A stretch of 48,260 nt of DNA from Candidatus Latescibacterota bacterium (GCA_965205655.1 CBDBIJ010000127.1:1-48260); one strand, 5' to 3'; positions 27,401 through 37,440 are shown, counted from the stretch's first letter. Made by a program: numbers and translations. The notes: generated from the letters alone by a model not told the origin.

Positions 27401-28382
27401 TGTCCTTCGTGTACATGTTGTGCCGCCATCGATACGTCCCCGTCGATCTGTTGTACTCCCAGCGGCTCGGCGGCTCGCCGTAGAAGAGCACGAAATCTTC
27501 CCGATCAAAGGAACCGTCGCCGCCGTCCTCGACGACGATTGCGGTCTCGCACAGATCGATGCCCCTCGAAGGCGCGCTGGCTCGACCGAGAATTGAGCCC
27601 CCCCCATACAAAAAGCGAATCCCGTCCGATTCGACAGCGCCGAGGCTGACTCCTGCGTCGATCACGTCCTGACCTGTCACCTTGTACACGCCGGGGCGAC
27701 CGCGCACCACCATTCTCAGTCGCGTTCCTTCTCCGGGCGCCTGTTGAGTCGGCTTCCAGGCCGGGACCCGACGCGGCAAACGCCATCCTTTTGCCTGATC
27801 GTAGTTGAGGACCATGTGCCTGTACATCATTTCCCCCCACCTATCGCGGTGGACGGGGGCACCGCCCGTTGGAGCCATCACCTTCGCACCCGAAAAGCTC
27901 ACGTCGACGACGACTCGATCATAAACGAGGATCTCGCCCTCTTCGGTCAGCCTCGGCGCGAAAGCCAGTCGGGCAATCCGCTGGTCGCGCGCGAAGCCCG
28001 TTTCCTCGACCACCACCGGTCCATCGGCCCGCACGAGAGCATCCTCCTCCGCGGAGAGTATTCTATCCGCCTCCTCGATGCCCGAACGCGCCAAAACCCG
28101 AGCCTCCACCACCTCGAGCTCCACCTCCGCATCGAGAGGAACGCCGATGGCGCAGGCACATATCAAGTTGCGCATCTGGGCCGCCTGCAGAGGCGGGCCC
28201 TCACCCGGCCATGAGGTCGGTTCGCGCTTGGCTTCGTACATCAGTCTCAACCCATCGGGCCGCTCCTCGACGACACTGATGACGGGATGCCAGAAACCCG
28301 TAAGCGTTTCGGCGTGGAGCGCGGCGCCGCAGGCGAGCCATGTGAAGAGCGAGGCGCACGACAACCGACCGTGAATGTTCAT
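24489..28382 (-). CDS. porU: T9SS sortase PorU (C25 gingipain fold) with CTD; catalytic Cys position reads Ser
   Basis: GVYKVTG, DYVIITH, VYDEFSGGLLDPMAIRSF, LLVGDATYDYKN, IGRLPV, YIGHG, YSLLGDPAMRL, FRVPKDINY, LKAWDGFNNS, YPNP...LANGSYLYRI. Confidence 0.92.
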   Translation of the reverse strand: MNIHGRLSCASLFTWLACGAALHAETLTGFWHPVISVVEERPDGLRLMYEAKREPTSWPGEGPPLQAAQMRNLICACAIGVPLDAEVELEVVEARVLARSGIEEADRILSAEEDALVRADGPVVVEETGFARDQRIARLAFAPRLTEEGEILVYDRVVVDVSFSGAKVMAPTGGAPVHRDRWGEMMYRHMVLNYDQAKGWRLPRRVPAWKPTQQAPGEGTRLRMVVRGRPGVYKVTGQDVIDAGVSLGAVESDGIRFLYGGGSILGRASAPSRGIDLCETAIVVEDGGDGSFDREDFVLFYGEPPSRWEYNRSTGTYRWRHNMYTKDNVYFLELGSAGAGTRAAIASGTPGGGGIDSDRYRERLHKEDEFLILRQIVQIPSGYDWYWESFNGNARNFPTIIRNAVLGEPVLINVRFWGGTKATQTFEVKWNDQSVTTVGFNSSESRTVSATARTGTREGLNQLGLFHQGGNSVRLDWYELEYTRRLVARDGELAFSWDDAVRFPAGSRDAEGAIAEFHLSGFDKRPRIFATGDVFAMREIVDFTHDESDSTVVFEGWFGGTGVPPHYIVSPPEKWRRPASIAIDSPSQLKTRDNGADYVIITHADFREASERLAAWRAQDDRFGAPMSTAVVDVADVYDEFSGGLLDPMAIRSFVNYAVDNWDPAPFFILLVGDATYDYKNNSLTSHTNWIPAYQDGESMYDEWYVRVAGSDRIPDLAIGRLPVQTAAQAEGLVDKIIDYDRSPEVGPWQVRSLLVSDDVRHPQKLGQREHFFVLDSETIARQFMPEDLNPEKLYIGHYPLEGRTKPKARDEFIRQFNAGALILTYIGHGNPETLAHEQMFVLTRDLDAIDNGRRLPLMYTAASQVGVFDDPARVSMPEALLNRPNGGVIAFISATRVGFHGSNIILAFQFHRHMYRSDETHVPVGLALTLAKVTTVVGDGPKERGNVQRYSLLGDPAMRLARPRYTVRLDAPESMSALEEVRVEGEVIAPDGHPDRQFSGSALIQVFDSSARAQVEGLDYRQIGAPLFRSLAVVEEGRFEATFRVPKDINYNANEGRLSAYSWGDQRPVAFSALTDIFLGGTAEGVEPDDEGPTITVGFMGQTGFRSGDFVSSRPVMEIVIEDAGGINITGGPGHHIVLNLDGETFEVTEFFSNRDGDYRSGVLEYELPELEPGTHEIRLKAWDGFNNSATVQVEVEVSEEGDSPLSDMLFYPNPMRDRGHFTYILSAPARTVSISVFTLAGKLVDKLDVAGEPGYNQIAWNPPEPLANGSYLYRIKAIFASGAEIETTDIVQVVQ

Positions 28383-28534
28383 GTAGCAGTGGGGGTTGAT
28401 GACCGGAGCCGAAAGGCCCGGCTTGCCGAAACCGGAGGTTCGGCGACGGTTTTCAGGAGATGTGGCCACCTTCGGGGAGGCCGCCGCGATGATTCTAACT
28501 AGGCCGCTCACCACCCTTTTGTCAAGGCAGCTGC

Positions 28535-28563
28535 TTGACGTATCTGCTTGACTCGACTACCTT
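28535..28563 (+). promoter_or_regulatory. sigma70-like promoter of rpmB
   Basis: TTGACG-N17-TACCTT. Confidence 0.55.
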
Positions 28564-28591
28564 TGTGGGCCCTTTTTACAGGAGTTCAAAC

Positions 28592-28819
28592 ATGGCCCGC
28601 GTCTGCCAGATTTCCGGCGTGAGACGGATGGTCGCAAACAGCGTCAGCCACTCGCAACGGAAGACGAAGCGAGTTCAGAAGCCGAACCTGATAACAAAGC
28701 GAATCTACATTCCCGAGGAAGGCCGGACCGTCACCCTCCGTCTGTCCGCCCGGGCTCTGCGCACGATGAACAAGAAGGGCGCCTATCGATACCTGAAGGA
28801 ACGCGGTATCAAGGTCTGA
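28592..28819 (+). CDS. rpmB: 50S ribosomal protein L28
   Basis: MARVCQISG...NSVSHSQRKTKRVQKPNL; AGGAG RBS. Confidence 0.97.
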   Translation: MARVCQISGVRRMVANSVSHSQRKTKRVQKPNLITKRIYIPEEGRTVTLRLSARALRTMNKKGAYRYLKERGIKV

Positions 28820-28985
28820 CCCCACCTCTACCCGCCGTTTGACTCCGCCGCTTTCGAAGCCGAAGGTTTTGACTCGTCGGTCCCATTGGCGCGAGTCGCT
28901 CCGCATCCCGCCTGTCGCCACATTCGCCGTCGCCGCAGTCGCCTGAGCAGTTCGCGGCGTCGCCGATGTTGCTCTCGAATCATTC

Positions 28986-29291
28986 CTACGCAGAGACCAG
29001 CGAGTCGATTTCGCGTCGCACCTGCTCGTCGCGCACCTGGTCGATGACTTCCTTGAGGTAGTGCGCCGCACCGCTGATGATGAGCCGCTCGAGGGCGTGA
29101 ATCTCTTCCTGTGAATAGACGCCCGATTCGCGTATCAGATCGATGTATTCGACCTTGGCTTCAATGTCCAGCTGCGCCACCGAGCTGAGCATGTCGAACA
29201 GCTTGTATGCCGCTTCGGACTCGAGACAGCGGTCGACGATGAGCGCCAGCCGCTCGTTCTTGACAGCGGTTCCCGGTTCGGTTCGTTCCAC
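28986..29291 (-). CDS. hypothetical helical protein (101 aa)
   Basis: Clean ORF, GAGGAAGG RBS before GTG, sigma54-type promoter upstream. Confidence 0.8.
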   Translation of the reverse strand: MERTEPGTAVKNERLALIVDRCLESEAAYKLFDMLSSVAQLDIEAKVEYIDLIRESGVYSQEEIHALERLIISGAAHYLKEVIDQVRDEQVRREIDSLVSA

Positions 29292-29410
29292 GATAGCCCT
29301 TCCTCATTGGCAGTAGCCGGCGAGTGGTCGCCGGCTGATGATCTTTGCCGACCGATCCCGTTTCCCCTCCTCCTGAGAAGCTGTCCGGGTCAGTCCTCCG
29401 CCATTGCTTG

Positions 29411-29426
29411 AGCAAGGTCCGGGCCG
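29411..29426 (-). promoter_or_regulatory. sigma54 (-24/-12) promoter
   Basis: CGGCCCGGACCTTGCT = GG-N10-GC, with TTGCT at -12. Confidence 0.6.
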
Positions 29427-29478
29427 GGTGGCGGAACTGTGCGATACGGGGGCTGGTGCCGCCGGGCTGAAGACGAGT

Positions 29479-29491
29479 TAAGAGATTGATT
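29479..29491 (-). promoter_or_regulatory. IHF binding site
   Basis: AATCAATCTCTTA exactly matches WATCARNNNNTTR, in an AT-rich patch upstream of the sigma54 site. Confidence 0.6.
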
Positions 29492-29666
29492 ATTAAGAAG
29501 TTATAGAACTTCGTGTGGCTGTGCGCGCTCGCCGCGAGAACGAGGAGAGGTGCGGGAAAAAAGGACCCGTTCCGGTAGTTAATAGGAAAGAAATTCCCCT
29601 TGAAGGCGGCGGCTTGTTGTCGAGGTCGAGCCGGCCTATCTTTGCCTGCCAAAAGGATAGGTCCCA

Positions 29667-29954
29667 ATGATTGACAAAGAGTTGCTCGACATTCTCGCTT
29701 GTCCGGAGACCAAAGAGCCCGTCTACATGGCCCACCAGTCCGTGGTCGACGAATTGAACGGGCGCATCGAGCGGGGTGAGGTCAAAAACCGGGGGGGTAA
29801 GGGAGTGGAGAAGAAGATGGATGCGGGGCTGGTGCGCGAGGATGGGGCCTATCTGTATCCGATCGAAGACGACATTCCGATCATGCTCATCGATGAGGCG
29901 ATTCCGATCGGGGAGATGGGTGTTGAGGCGAAGCGCGCCGAACTCCCTGCCTGA
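29667..29954 (+). CDS. Trm112/YcaR family protein
   Basis: MIDKELLDILACPETK...YLYPIEDDIPIMLIDEAI. Confidence 0.92.
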   Translation: MIDKELLDILACPETKEPVYMAHQSVVDELNGRIERGEVKNRGGKGVEKKMDAGLVREDGAYLYPIEDDIPIMLIDEAIPIGEMGVEAKRAELPA

Positions 29955-30103
29955 GATCTATCCCCCGTCACTCTGATCCTCTTCCGCAGCCTCTTCGCTC
30001 TCCGGGGTCTCCACCTGTATCAAGGTCTGCGTCCCGTCTCTGCTCCTGAGCAGCTGGATGGAGATTCCCTGCTCCCGAGCCCGCCTTTTGTAATCGTCGA
30101 CTA

Positions 30104-31353
30104 GTGGTTGATCCAGTTAGGATTGCGGGGACATTGGAACTAGCGTTTTGAGGCCGGGGCTCGTATCCTTCTCCTGAGGCCCCTTTGTCAGGAGAGGAGA
30201 TCGACATTGCCCACGAAGAAATACATCGTCACGCTGACAGCAGAGGAGCGAGCTCACCTGCACGGTTTGATCTCGAGGGGGAAGGCGGCGGCCTACAAAC
30301 AACGGCACGCGAGGATCCTGCTGAAGACGGACCAGGGTCCGCATGGTGAGCACTGGACCGATGAGCAGATCGAACACGCGCTCGACGTGCATCCGAGCAC
30401 GGTGGAGCGTCTGCGCCAGCGGTTTGTGGAAGAGGGCGTCGAGGCGTCGCTGCTGCGCAAGGAGCAGAAGAATCGGAAAGCAAAGAAGATCGACGGCAGA
30501 GCCGAAGCCCATCTGGTGGCTCTGGCCTGCAGTGAGCCCCCCGAGGGGAGGAGGCACTGGACCCTGAAGCTGCTGGCAGGACGCCTCGTGGCCTTGGAGC
30601 TGGTTGACAGTGTCAGCCCGGAAACGGTCCGCAAGACGTTAAAAAAAACGAGCTGAAGCCTTGGCGGCGGGAGATGTGGTGCCTGCCGGGCAAACCCAGT
30701 GCCGAGTTCGTCTGCGCGATGGAGGACGTGTTGGATGTCTATCAACGGCCGTACGACTCGAAGCACCCGTTGGTTTGTCTGGACGAAACGTGCAAGCAGT
30801 TGATCGGCGAAACGCAGCGGCCCCTGCCGGTGGCGCCTGGGTGTCCGGCACGGTATCACCATGAATACGTCCGCAACGGGGTCGCCAACGTCTTCATGAT
30901 GCTGGAGCCCTTCACGGGTCGCTCCCACGTCCGAGTGAGCGAACGGCGCACGATGAGAGACTGGGCTCACACCGTCAGAGATCTCGTCGACGTCCACTAC
31001 CCTGAGGCGGAGGAGATCACGCTGGTGATGGACAACTTGAGCACTCATAAGAAGGCGGCCCTCTACGAGGTCTTCGAACCGGAGGAAGCCAAGCGCATCG
31101 CTGACAAACTCGACATCCACTACACCCCGACACACGGCAGCTGGCTCAACATGGCCGAGATCGGACTGAACGTGCTCTTTCGGCAATGCCTCAATCGTCG
31201 CATCGCGACGATCCAGCAGTTGGGAAAACACGTGAAGGCCTGGCTCACGGAGCGCCTCGAAAACCCGCCCGTCATCAATTGGCGTTTCACGACGGCGGAT
31301 GCACGAATCAAGCTCAAGCGTCTCTACCCCGCACTGCTACCTAGTTGAACCAC
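30104..31353 (+). mobile_element. IS630-family insertion sequence
   Basis: Imperfect terminal IRs GTGGTTGATCCAG / GTGGTTCAACTAG, TA duplication inside CTAG at both ends. Confidence 0.92.
30207..31348 (+). CDS. IS630 transposase (orfA 30207-30656 + orfB, joined by -1 frameshift at A8 30641-30648)
   Basis: HTH orfA; LKKNELKPW junction; LDE, MDNLSTH, YTPTHGSWLNMAEI, WRFTTADARIKLKRLYP. Confidence 0.92.
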
Positions 31354-31798
31354 TAGCTCCAGTGTCCGCTGTCTCTTCAGCAGTCCCATCTCGAGGAGCA
31401 CGTCGAACCCTTCCTTGGTGACCTGTCCATACGGCGTCCCATCGAGATACACTTGATAAGTTCGCAACAACCTTCCGGCGCCCTCTTCTTCGGCCGCCGA
31501 GCTTCGGGAGTCGAGGTTATTAGGTAAGGGCGTAGCCGATGAAATTGACAATCACGACGACGAGGTCGCTGAGCACGACCGGCGTGCTCGCCAGCTCGAA
31601 GATGCGCAGCGGAATGAGACAGACCAGCATGAGGCAGGCGGTAAAAAAAAACACGACTCGCGACCGCTCGAGCGGCTCGCCCTCCTTCTTGCGCTCCAGC
31701 ATGGCCAGAATCCGGATGACCGAGCCGATCAGGAAGACGGCGAAGAGGACGGCGACGATGGCTTCGAGGGGATTCATAGCGCCTGCGGCGAAGGGAGT

Positions 31799-33702
31799 TC
31801 AGAATGGAAAATAGAAGCAGATAATTTCGGCGAAGTATTGTTTTCCGCCGCCGACGCCGGTCAGGCTGACGCCGTAGGTCGCACCCGCTTCGACCGGCCG
31901 CAAGGTCGCGTCCACATACCACCTGGCTCCATTCGGAGTAGTCGCGGACTGCCGCAGCGAGAAAGCCAGCATCATGTTCAACGGTGAAATCGTCTCCATT
32001 TCCAAAGCCTCCTGAATCTGACATAGCGCCACCTTAGAGTCCGGATGAGAGCGAGCCGACGCCATAACGACGACGCCGAGCCTCGGAACGCTGAAGCGGG
32101 ATGAGGAATTGAGTTGGAAGCCCTCGCCCTCAACCCGCCTCGACGCAAATGCTCGGCCAATCGCTCAGCAGCGGCTCTCCTGGCGATGCCCGCAAACTGC
32201 TCCTCACCCCCTCCTCTTTGTCGACCGACCAGACTTCAGACTCACGTGGAAAGACGAGAATGCCGTCGCGCGCCAACCGCTGGATGTGCGTCGATCCGGA
32301 AGAGAACAGTTCGACGAAACTCTTTTCCGGAAACCTGATACCGCTGCGCATCCAGTCATCCCTGATGAGCGAGTAGTTGCCTAGCTGGAGTCGGGGATCG
32401 GTGGCGTGCGTCGCCAGCAGCAGACGGTCGATTCGGTGCTCCTTCAGGGCCTCCGTCAGTCGCAGGAGAGCGACTCTTCCCGCGTAGTAGCCCAGAGGAA
32501 CATCCATAATGTAGGGCATGACGATGACGTCCCCTCCCCTGCCCGATGACTGGAGGTAATTCGCCGTGTCCTCGTAGCCGTGACTTTCCAGAGTGCCGAA
32601 GGCGCTTGTCGAGGCCAACAGGTAGGCCGCCAGCACAATCGCCATTGCACCCATACTTCCAGCTCGGTTTGGAATGCTCACAATCCCGTGGGCAACGGCG
32701 ACGACGAAGGATGGAAGTAAAAACAGATATGACCTCGGATACCCTGCTACCCCCATGACGAGGGCGGCTGCGAACGGCAGGAGCCATGCCACCGCGAAGA
32801 AGGCGGCTAGCTCACGAGACTTCCACGCCGCCACTCCGAGCCCATACAGGGCTGCTGCTGCTGTCAGCATGCCGGCGGCCCCCCCGGGCCGCGATCTTGA
32901 GCGCCACGTCCCGCATGAGAGTCAACAGCGCTGACGGATCCTCTCGCAGGGACACACCCCATACGGATGCGGCTCGTGAAAGCTCCTCTCTGAGCGGAAC
33001 GTAGGCGACGAGTAGCAGTGCGATCGCGACGGCGCTCGCTGTCGCGAAGAGAGTTAGCTGAGCCCTCTCCTTGCGGGCCAGTAGCGCTATGCCCGCCCAG
33101 ACCATGAGCGTTGCCAGGTGGAATGCCCCGCTCGGAATCGTGTACGCACCGAGTGCCCCGGCGGCGGCGAAGGCCAGCCACCAGAAATATCCGTGGCCAT
33201 TCAGGGCTCGGGAAACGCACGCCCACGCCACCAGCGCCAGCAGCACGAGCAGCGTGTATCCTCGAGCCACCTGCGAATAGGAGATGTGGGCGGGCATGCA
33301 GGCCAAAATCCAGGAGGCTGCCAGACCGACCCTCGCCTGCCCCGTCAGCTCCCGGCACAGAAGGAACACCGCTGGTATTGCCATGACGCCCGCGAGCAGT
33401 GCCACCAGCCGGATCGTCCACTCCGCTTTACCGAACAGCTGGACGGCCAGCCGCATCAGCACGGAATGGAAGATGTGATTGTTCGGGATGAAATAAGTAG
33501 TAGCGATGTACTCGTAGGATCGCGACGCGAACTTCACCCACGAGTAGGCTTCATCGTGTCCGAGCTCCCTGCCGAGTCCGTCGAGACGAAAGACACATCC
33601 CGCGATCACGGCGCCCGCGAAGACGAGGTATTGGATCCTCGTTGAAGAAAGCCAGTTGTGGGTCATTGGCTCGCCATCGTGAACTACAAATGAGAAAGGC
33701 AC
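31799..33702 (-). pseudogene. GT-C/PMT (ArnT, GT39-like) glycosyltransferase split by two one-base frameshifts (~32880, ~32132); possibly sequencing artefacts
   Basis: RLDGLGRELGHDEAYSW, PNNHIFHS, WTIRL, SYSQVARGY and many TM helices; three consecutive ORFs join if one base is removed at each junction. Confidence 0.75.
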
Positions 33703-33761
33703 CTGCGCTCTGTGCAGGTGCCTTTCAGGATTCTCACTGTGTCGGAAATTGATCTGTTGTC

Positions 33762-33846
33762 TGGTGCGGAAGCGGGGACTCGAACCCCGACGCCCGAAGG
33801 CACTGCCCCCTCAAGACAGCGTGTCTACCAGTTTCACCACTTCCGC
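33762..33846 (-). tRNA. tRNA-Leu (GAG)
   Basis: GCGGAAGTGGTGAAACTGGTAGACACG...CTGTC TTGAGGG GGCAG, long variable arm, GTTCGAGTC, CCA. Confidence 0.96.
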
Positions 33847-33858
33847 ACGTCTGAACTT

Positions 33859-34245
33859 CTACTCCGCGGCTTCACCCGCTGCTTCGTCTTCACCTCCAAA
33901 CACCGACGGAGTCTCCGCCTCTTCCCGAGCCCCCGGCGGCGCAAAGGGAGTGACCTCGAACGAGCCGCCTTCCTCGAGCATGCGCTCCGTCGCCGTCTTC
34001 GGCAATGCCGCGGGCCCGTCCTGGACCACTGCCTGCAGTAGACAACTCAACAGGAACGCTGTAGCCAATGCGGTTGTCGTCTTCGTCAGGAACGTCGTGG
34101 CGCTTCGTCCGCCCAGAACGGAGGAGGAGCTGAGTCCACCGCCGATCGAGCTCGCCAATCCGCCGCCCTTTCCGGCCTGCAGGAGAACGGCGGCGACCAG
34201 CAAAACGCAGATGATGACATGCATTATCGTCAGTAGGACAATCAT
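33859..34245 (-). CDS. secG: preprotein translocase subunit SecG
   Basis: VLLQAGKGGGL...FLTKTT; tpiA-secG-tRNA-Leu synteny. Confidence 0.96.
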   Translation of the reverse strand: MIVLLTIMHVIICVLLVAAVLLQAGKGGGLASSIGGGLSSSSVLGGRSATTFLTKTTTALATAFLLSCLLQAVVQDGPAALPKTATERMLEEGGSFEVTPFAPPGAREEAETPSVFGGEDEAAGEAAE

Positions 34246-34276
34246 CAGTGCCTCGTTGTGGCTGCGCGGCTCACGT

Positions 34277-35053
34277 TCATGAGCGCCTTGCCGCCGCCTC
34301 TATGATGGCGGCGAAACTTTCCGCCTCCAGAGAGGCGCCCCCGATGAGTCCGCCGTCGATATTCTCCTGGCCGAACAGCTCCGCGGCGTTCTCCGGTTTC
34401 ACGCTGCCGCCGTACTGAATGCGAATCGCGTCTGCCACCGCATCGCCGTGCGTGCTGCGCAGCAGATTGCGGATGAGCAGGTGGACCTCTTCGGCCTGGG
34501 CGGGGGAAGCTGTTCGCCCGGTACCGATAGCCCAGATGGGCTCGTAGGCGAATGCGATTCGGAGGGCGGCGTCGGTGGAGATTCCGTTCAGCGCCGCCTC
34601 GACCTGACCGAGGACGACGCGCTCGATCTGCCCGGCCTCCCGCTCTTCGAGGGTTTCCCCGACGCACACGATCGCCCGGAGGCCGGCTTGCAACGACGCT
34701 GCCAGCTTTCGGTTAACTGATTCATTCGTTTCGCCGAACAGCTGTCGTCGCTCGGAATGACCTAGAATAACCCAGCTGCACCCACTGGTCAATATCATGA
34801 GAGGCGACACTTCGCCCGTAAAAGCGCCGCTATCCTCCCAATGCGTATTCTGTGCGCCGAGCTGCACGGCACTTCCCTTCAGCGCCGCACACAGGGGTAC
34901 GATATTCGTGTAGGGCGGACAGATGACGACCTCGCAGGCCGCGCACGCATCGGCGAGTAGCGGCTTCAGTTCGACGGCGAATCGGACCGCCTCCTCGGCC
35001 GTCTTGTGCATCTTCCAGTTGGCGGCAATCAGTGGCCGGCGCGGAAGCGGCAT
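34277..35053 (-). CDS. tpiA: triosephosphate isomerase (start 35053 or 35071)
   Basis: [41 protein letters not shown]. Confidence 0.97.
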   Translation of the reverse strand: MPLPRRPLIAANWKMHKTAEEAVRFAVELKPLLADACAACEVVICPPYTNIVPLCAALKGSAVQLGAQNTHWEDSGAFTGEVSPLMILTSGCSWVILGHSERRQLFGETNESVNRKLAASLQAGLRAIVCVGETLEEREAGQIERVVLGQVEAALNGISTDAALRIAFAYEPIWAIGTGRTASPAQAEEVHLLIRNLLRSTHGDAVADAIRIQYGGSVKPENAAELFGQENIDGGLIGGASLEAESFAAIIEAAARRS

Positions 35054-35081
35054 TGCATTCGCACTCGGCATTGCGTTCGCA

Positions 35082-36284
35082 CTAATTGTCGGCCAGGGCG
35101 TTGACGCCGGGCAGCTCACGCCCCCCGAGGCTCTCCAGGGAGGCGCCGCCACCGGTGGATACGTGAGTCATCCTCGCCGCTGCACCCGCCTGCGCTACCG
35201 CTGCTGCCGTGTCTCCCCCACCAATGATGGACACCGCGCCCGATTCCCACGTCGCCTGCTCGAGAGCTCGCGCCACGGCGAGCGTTCCCTCGGCGAACGA
35301 CTCTATCTCGAACACCCCGAGAGGCCCATTCCATATGACCGTGCCGGCACCCTCCACCTTCTCGATGAACCGCTTTGTCGTTTCGGGTCCGATATCGACA
35401 CCTTCCCATTCCGCCGGGATCTCATCCACAGAAACCACCTGGGTCTCTACGCCGGCCGCGATTCGCTCCGCCACCACGAAATCGACTGGAAGCAGGAGCT
35501 CCAACTTCTTGCTCTTTTTCGCCTTGGCGAGCAGTTCCTTCGCCAGGCTCACCGAGCCCTCTTCGAGCAGGGAGTTGCCGATCTCCAGCCCCTTCGCCTT
35601 GAGGAAGGTGTAGGCCATACCCCCTCCGATGAGGAGTACGTCCACTTTCGCCATCAGGTTTGTCAGCACTTCGATCTTGTCGGAGACCTTCGCACCGCCG
35701 AGGATCGCCACGAAAGGGCGTTGTGGATCTGACAGGGCTTCGTCGAGATAATGGAGCTCCTTCTTCATCAGATAACCGCTCACCGCCATCGGAACGTGGT
35801 GCGTGATTCCCTCGGTGGAGGCGTGCGCCCGGTGAGCGGCGCCGAAGGCGTCGTTGACGAAGAGATCGCCGAGAGCGGCGAGCTGACGCGCAAATTTCGC
35901 GTCGTTTGCCTCCTCTTCCGGGTGAAAACGCAGATTCTCCAGCAGGAGCACCTGGCCCGGCTTGAGATCAGTGGCCATCCTCTCCACCTCTTCTCCGATG
36001 CAATCAGGGGCCAGGTGTACCGACGTTCCCAGCAAGTGGTGTAGCAGCTCCGCCACCGGCGCCAGCGAAAGTCCGGGGCTCACCTGTCCCTTCGGACGCC
36101 CCAGATGCGACATGAGAACGAGGGAGGCACCCTTCTCGAGCAGGTGCCATAGCGTCGGTAGCGCCGCTTTGACCCGAGTGTCGTCGGTGATGTTGCGGTC
36201 GCCGTCCAGGGGCACGTTGAAGTCTACGCGCACGAGGACCCGTTTCCCCTCAACATCGACATCGTCTATCGTCTTCTTGGCCAC
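35082..36284 (-). CDS. pgk: phosphoglycerate kinase
   Basis: [52 protein letters not shown]. Confidence 0.98.
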   Translation of the reverse strand: MAKKTIDDVDVEGKRVLVRVDFNVPLDGDRNITDDTRVKAALPTLWHLLEKGASLVLMSHLGRPKGQVSPGLSLAPVAELLHHLLGTSVHLAPDCIGEEVERMATDLKPGQVLLLENLRFHPEEEANDAKFARQLAALGDLFVNDAFGAAHRAHASTEGITHHVPMAVSGYLMKKELHYLDEALSDPQRPFVAILGGAKVSDKIEVLTNLMAKVDVLLIGGGMAYTFLKAKGLEIGNSLLEEGSVSLAKELLAKAKKSKKLELLLPVDFVVAERIAAGVETQVVSVDEIPAEWEGVDIGPETTKRFIEKVEGAGTVIWNGPLGVFEIESFAEGTLAVARALEQATWESGAVSIIGGGDTAAAVAQAGAAARMTHVSTGGGASLESLGGRELPGVNALADN

Positions 36285-36462
36285 TGTCGCTCGCTCGCCG
36301 TGATCCTCGCTTCAAAGCTGTTGCGCCCGTCACACTGGCCTCGCCCGCGCGCCGTCGCCGGGTCGAGACATGGATTACGGACAGTTTGGCATTGGCGCCC
36401 GAGAGAGAAACGGCACTCGAGCACCTGCTCCAAGCCCTTCTGCGAGAGTGGAAAACGTCGTA

Positions 36463-36492
36463 AATCTATGGGAGGCTTGCGGATTGCGTCAA
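36463..36492 (-). promoter_or_regulatory. sigma70-like promoter for pgk-tpiA-secG
   Basis: TTGACG-N18-TAGATT. Confidence 0.45.
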
Positions 36493-37316
36493 GGAAGCTC
36501 TGGTTGCCGGCGACCGGCAACAGCGGGAAACGGACTCCCGAGGGCAACTCCCCAGACACTCGGTGCCCCTGCCTCAGCCAGTGCGTTCGCGCACCAGCCA
36601 AGGGTGGCCGCGGTTGTGACCACGTCGTCGACGAGACCAAGTCGCTTGTCGGACGGGATTTCACCAGCAACCTCGAAGGCGTCGCGCAGATTTTCGTGGC
36701 GTTTATCGGCGTCCAGCGTCGCCTGCTGCACTGTAGCCCGCCGCCGCTCGACGAGGTCCGTGCGGACAGGTTTCCCGCCCAGCGCCTCCGACAGCCCGCG
36801 GGCGATGAGCTCGCTCTGGTTGTACCCGCGCTCGCGCTGTCTCGATGGATGCAACGGAATGGGCACGAACACGTCGATCTGGTCGAAATCGTCCAGGAAT
36901 GCCGCCAGTCGGCCGAAACAGCGTCCCAGCTCGATACCAAGGCGTTGCTGGCGCTTGAATTTCACCGCGTGGACGGCCTCCTGAAGTGCCCCGTCGAAGA
37001 CGCCCATAACGAGGACCCTGGCGGGAGCCATCTCCCAACTCGAGCAGTTGGGGCAGTCGCCTTCGATCGCCGCAGCCATAGCGGAATCGCCCTGCGCATC
37101 GAGCGGGCAGCTGCAGCGGTGGCACCGGTTGTCGCTTGTCCGTCGAACATCCCTCCAGCATCCGGCGCACAGCATCTCAGTGCCGCCCTGCAATCCAACA
37201 CCGCAGGCGGCGCAATGTGGCGGATACACGAAATCGAGCAGCGAGGCGCCGAGGGAGCTCAGAAGTGAAGGTCCGGTAACAGAGGTGTGAACCAAGGGTA
37301 ACACTGCCTCAGTCAA
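36489..37316 (-). CDS. comF: ComF family amidophosphoribosyltransferase-like protein
   Basis: N-terminal CxxC zinc ribbons, VPIPLHPSRQRERGYNQS, LVDDVVTTAATL. Confidence 0.92.
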   Translation of the reverse strand: MTEAVLPLVHTSVTGPSLLSSLGASLLDFVYPPHCAACGVGLQGGTEMLCAGCWRDVRRTSDNRCHRCSCPLDAQGDSAMAAAIEGDCPNCSSWEMAPARVLVMGVFDGALQEAVHAVKFKRQQRLGIELGRCFGRLAAFLDDFDQIDVFVPIPLHPSRQRERGYNQSELIARGLSEALGGKPVRTDLVERRRATVQQATLDADKRHENLRDAFEVAGEIPSDKRLGLVDDVVTTAATLGWCANALAEAGAPSVWGVALGSPFPAVAGRRQPELP

Positions 37317-37404
37317 AAGCGTGGGCGAGCGGTCGAAACGACCACGAGTCGATTACAGCGAATACAAATACTGTACCTGTCAGTTTTGATGTCAGTCGAG
37401 GCAC

Positions 37405-37440
37405 AAAAAAACCCGCGTCGGGATGGTTCCGATACGGGTT
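37405..37440 (-). terminator. intrinsic terminator
   Basis: Minus strand AACCCGTATCGGA-ACCA-TCCCGACGCGGGTT hairpin running into a T-tract. Confidence 0.8.

Larger units (their letters stand above)
29958..31777 (-). pseudogene. hypothetical membrane protein (~188 aa reconstructed) interrupted by IS630
   Basis: ...KRQRTLEL|VDDYKRRAREQG... reads through once the IS and one TA are removed; a further one-base frameshift near 31521. Confidence 0.7.

Noticed and set aside
26322..27596. 424-aa plus-strand ORF and similar long overlapping ORFs
   Set aside because: Antisense to porU or other clear genes; expected in high-GC DNA and without motifs
28880..28975. Recurring TCGCC words after rpmB
   Set aside because: Irregular spacing and explainable by GC content
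34277..36284. Pgk-TpiA fusion by read-through
   Set aside because: pgk has a clean TAG and tpiA is in another frame with its own ATGs; no slippery site seen
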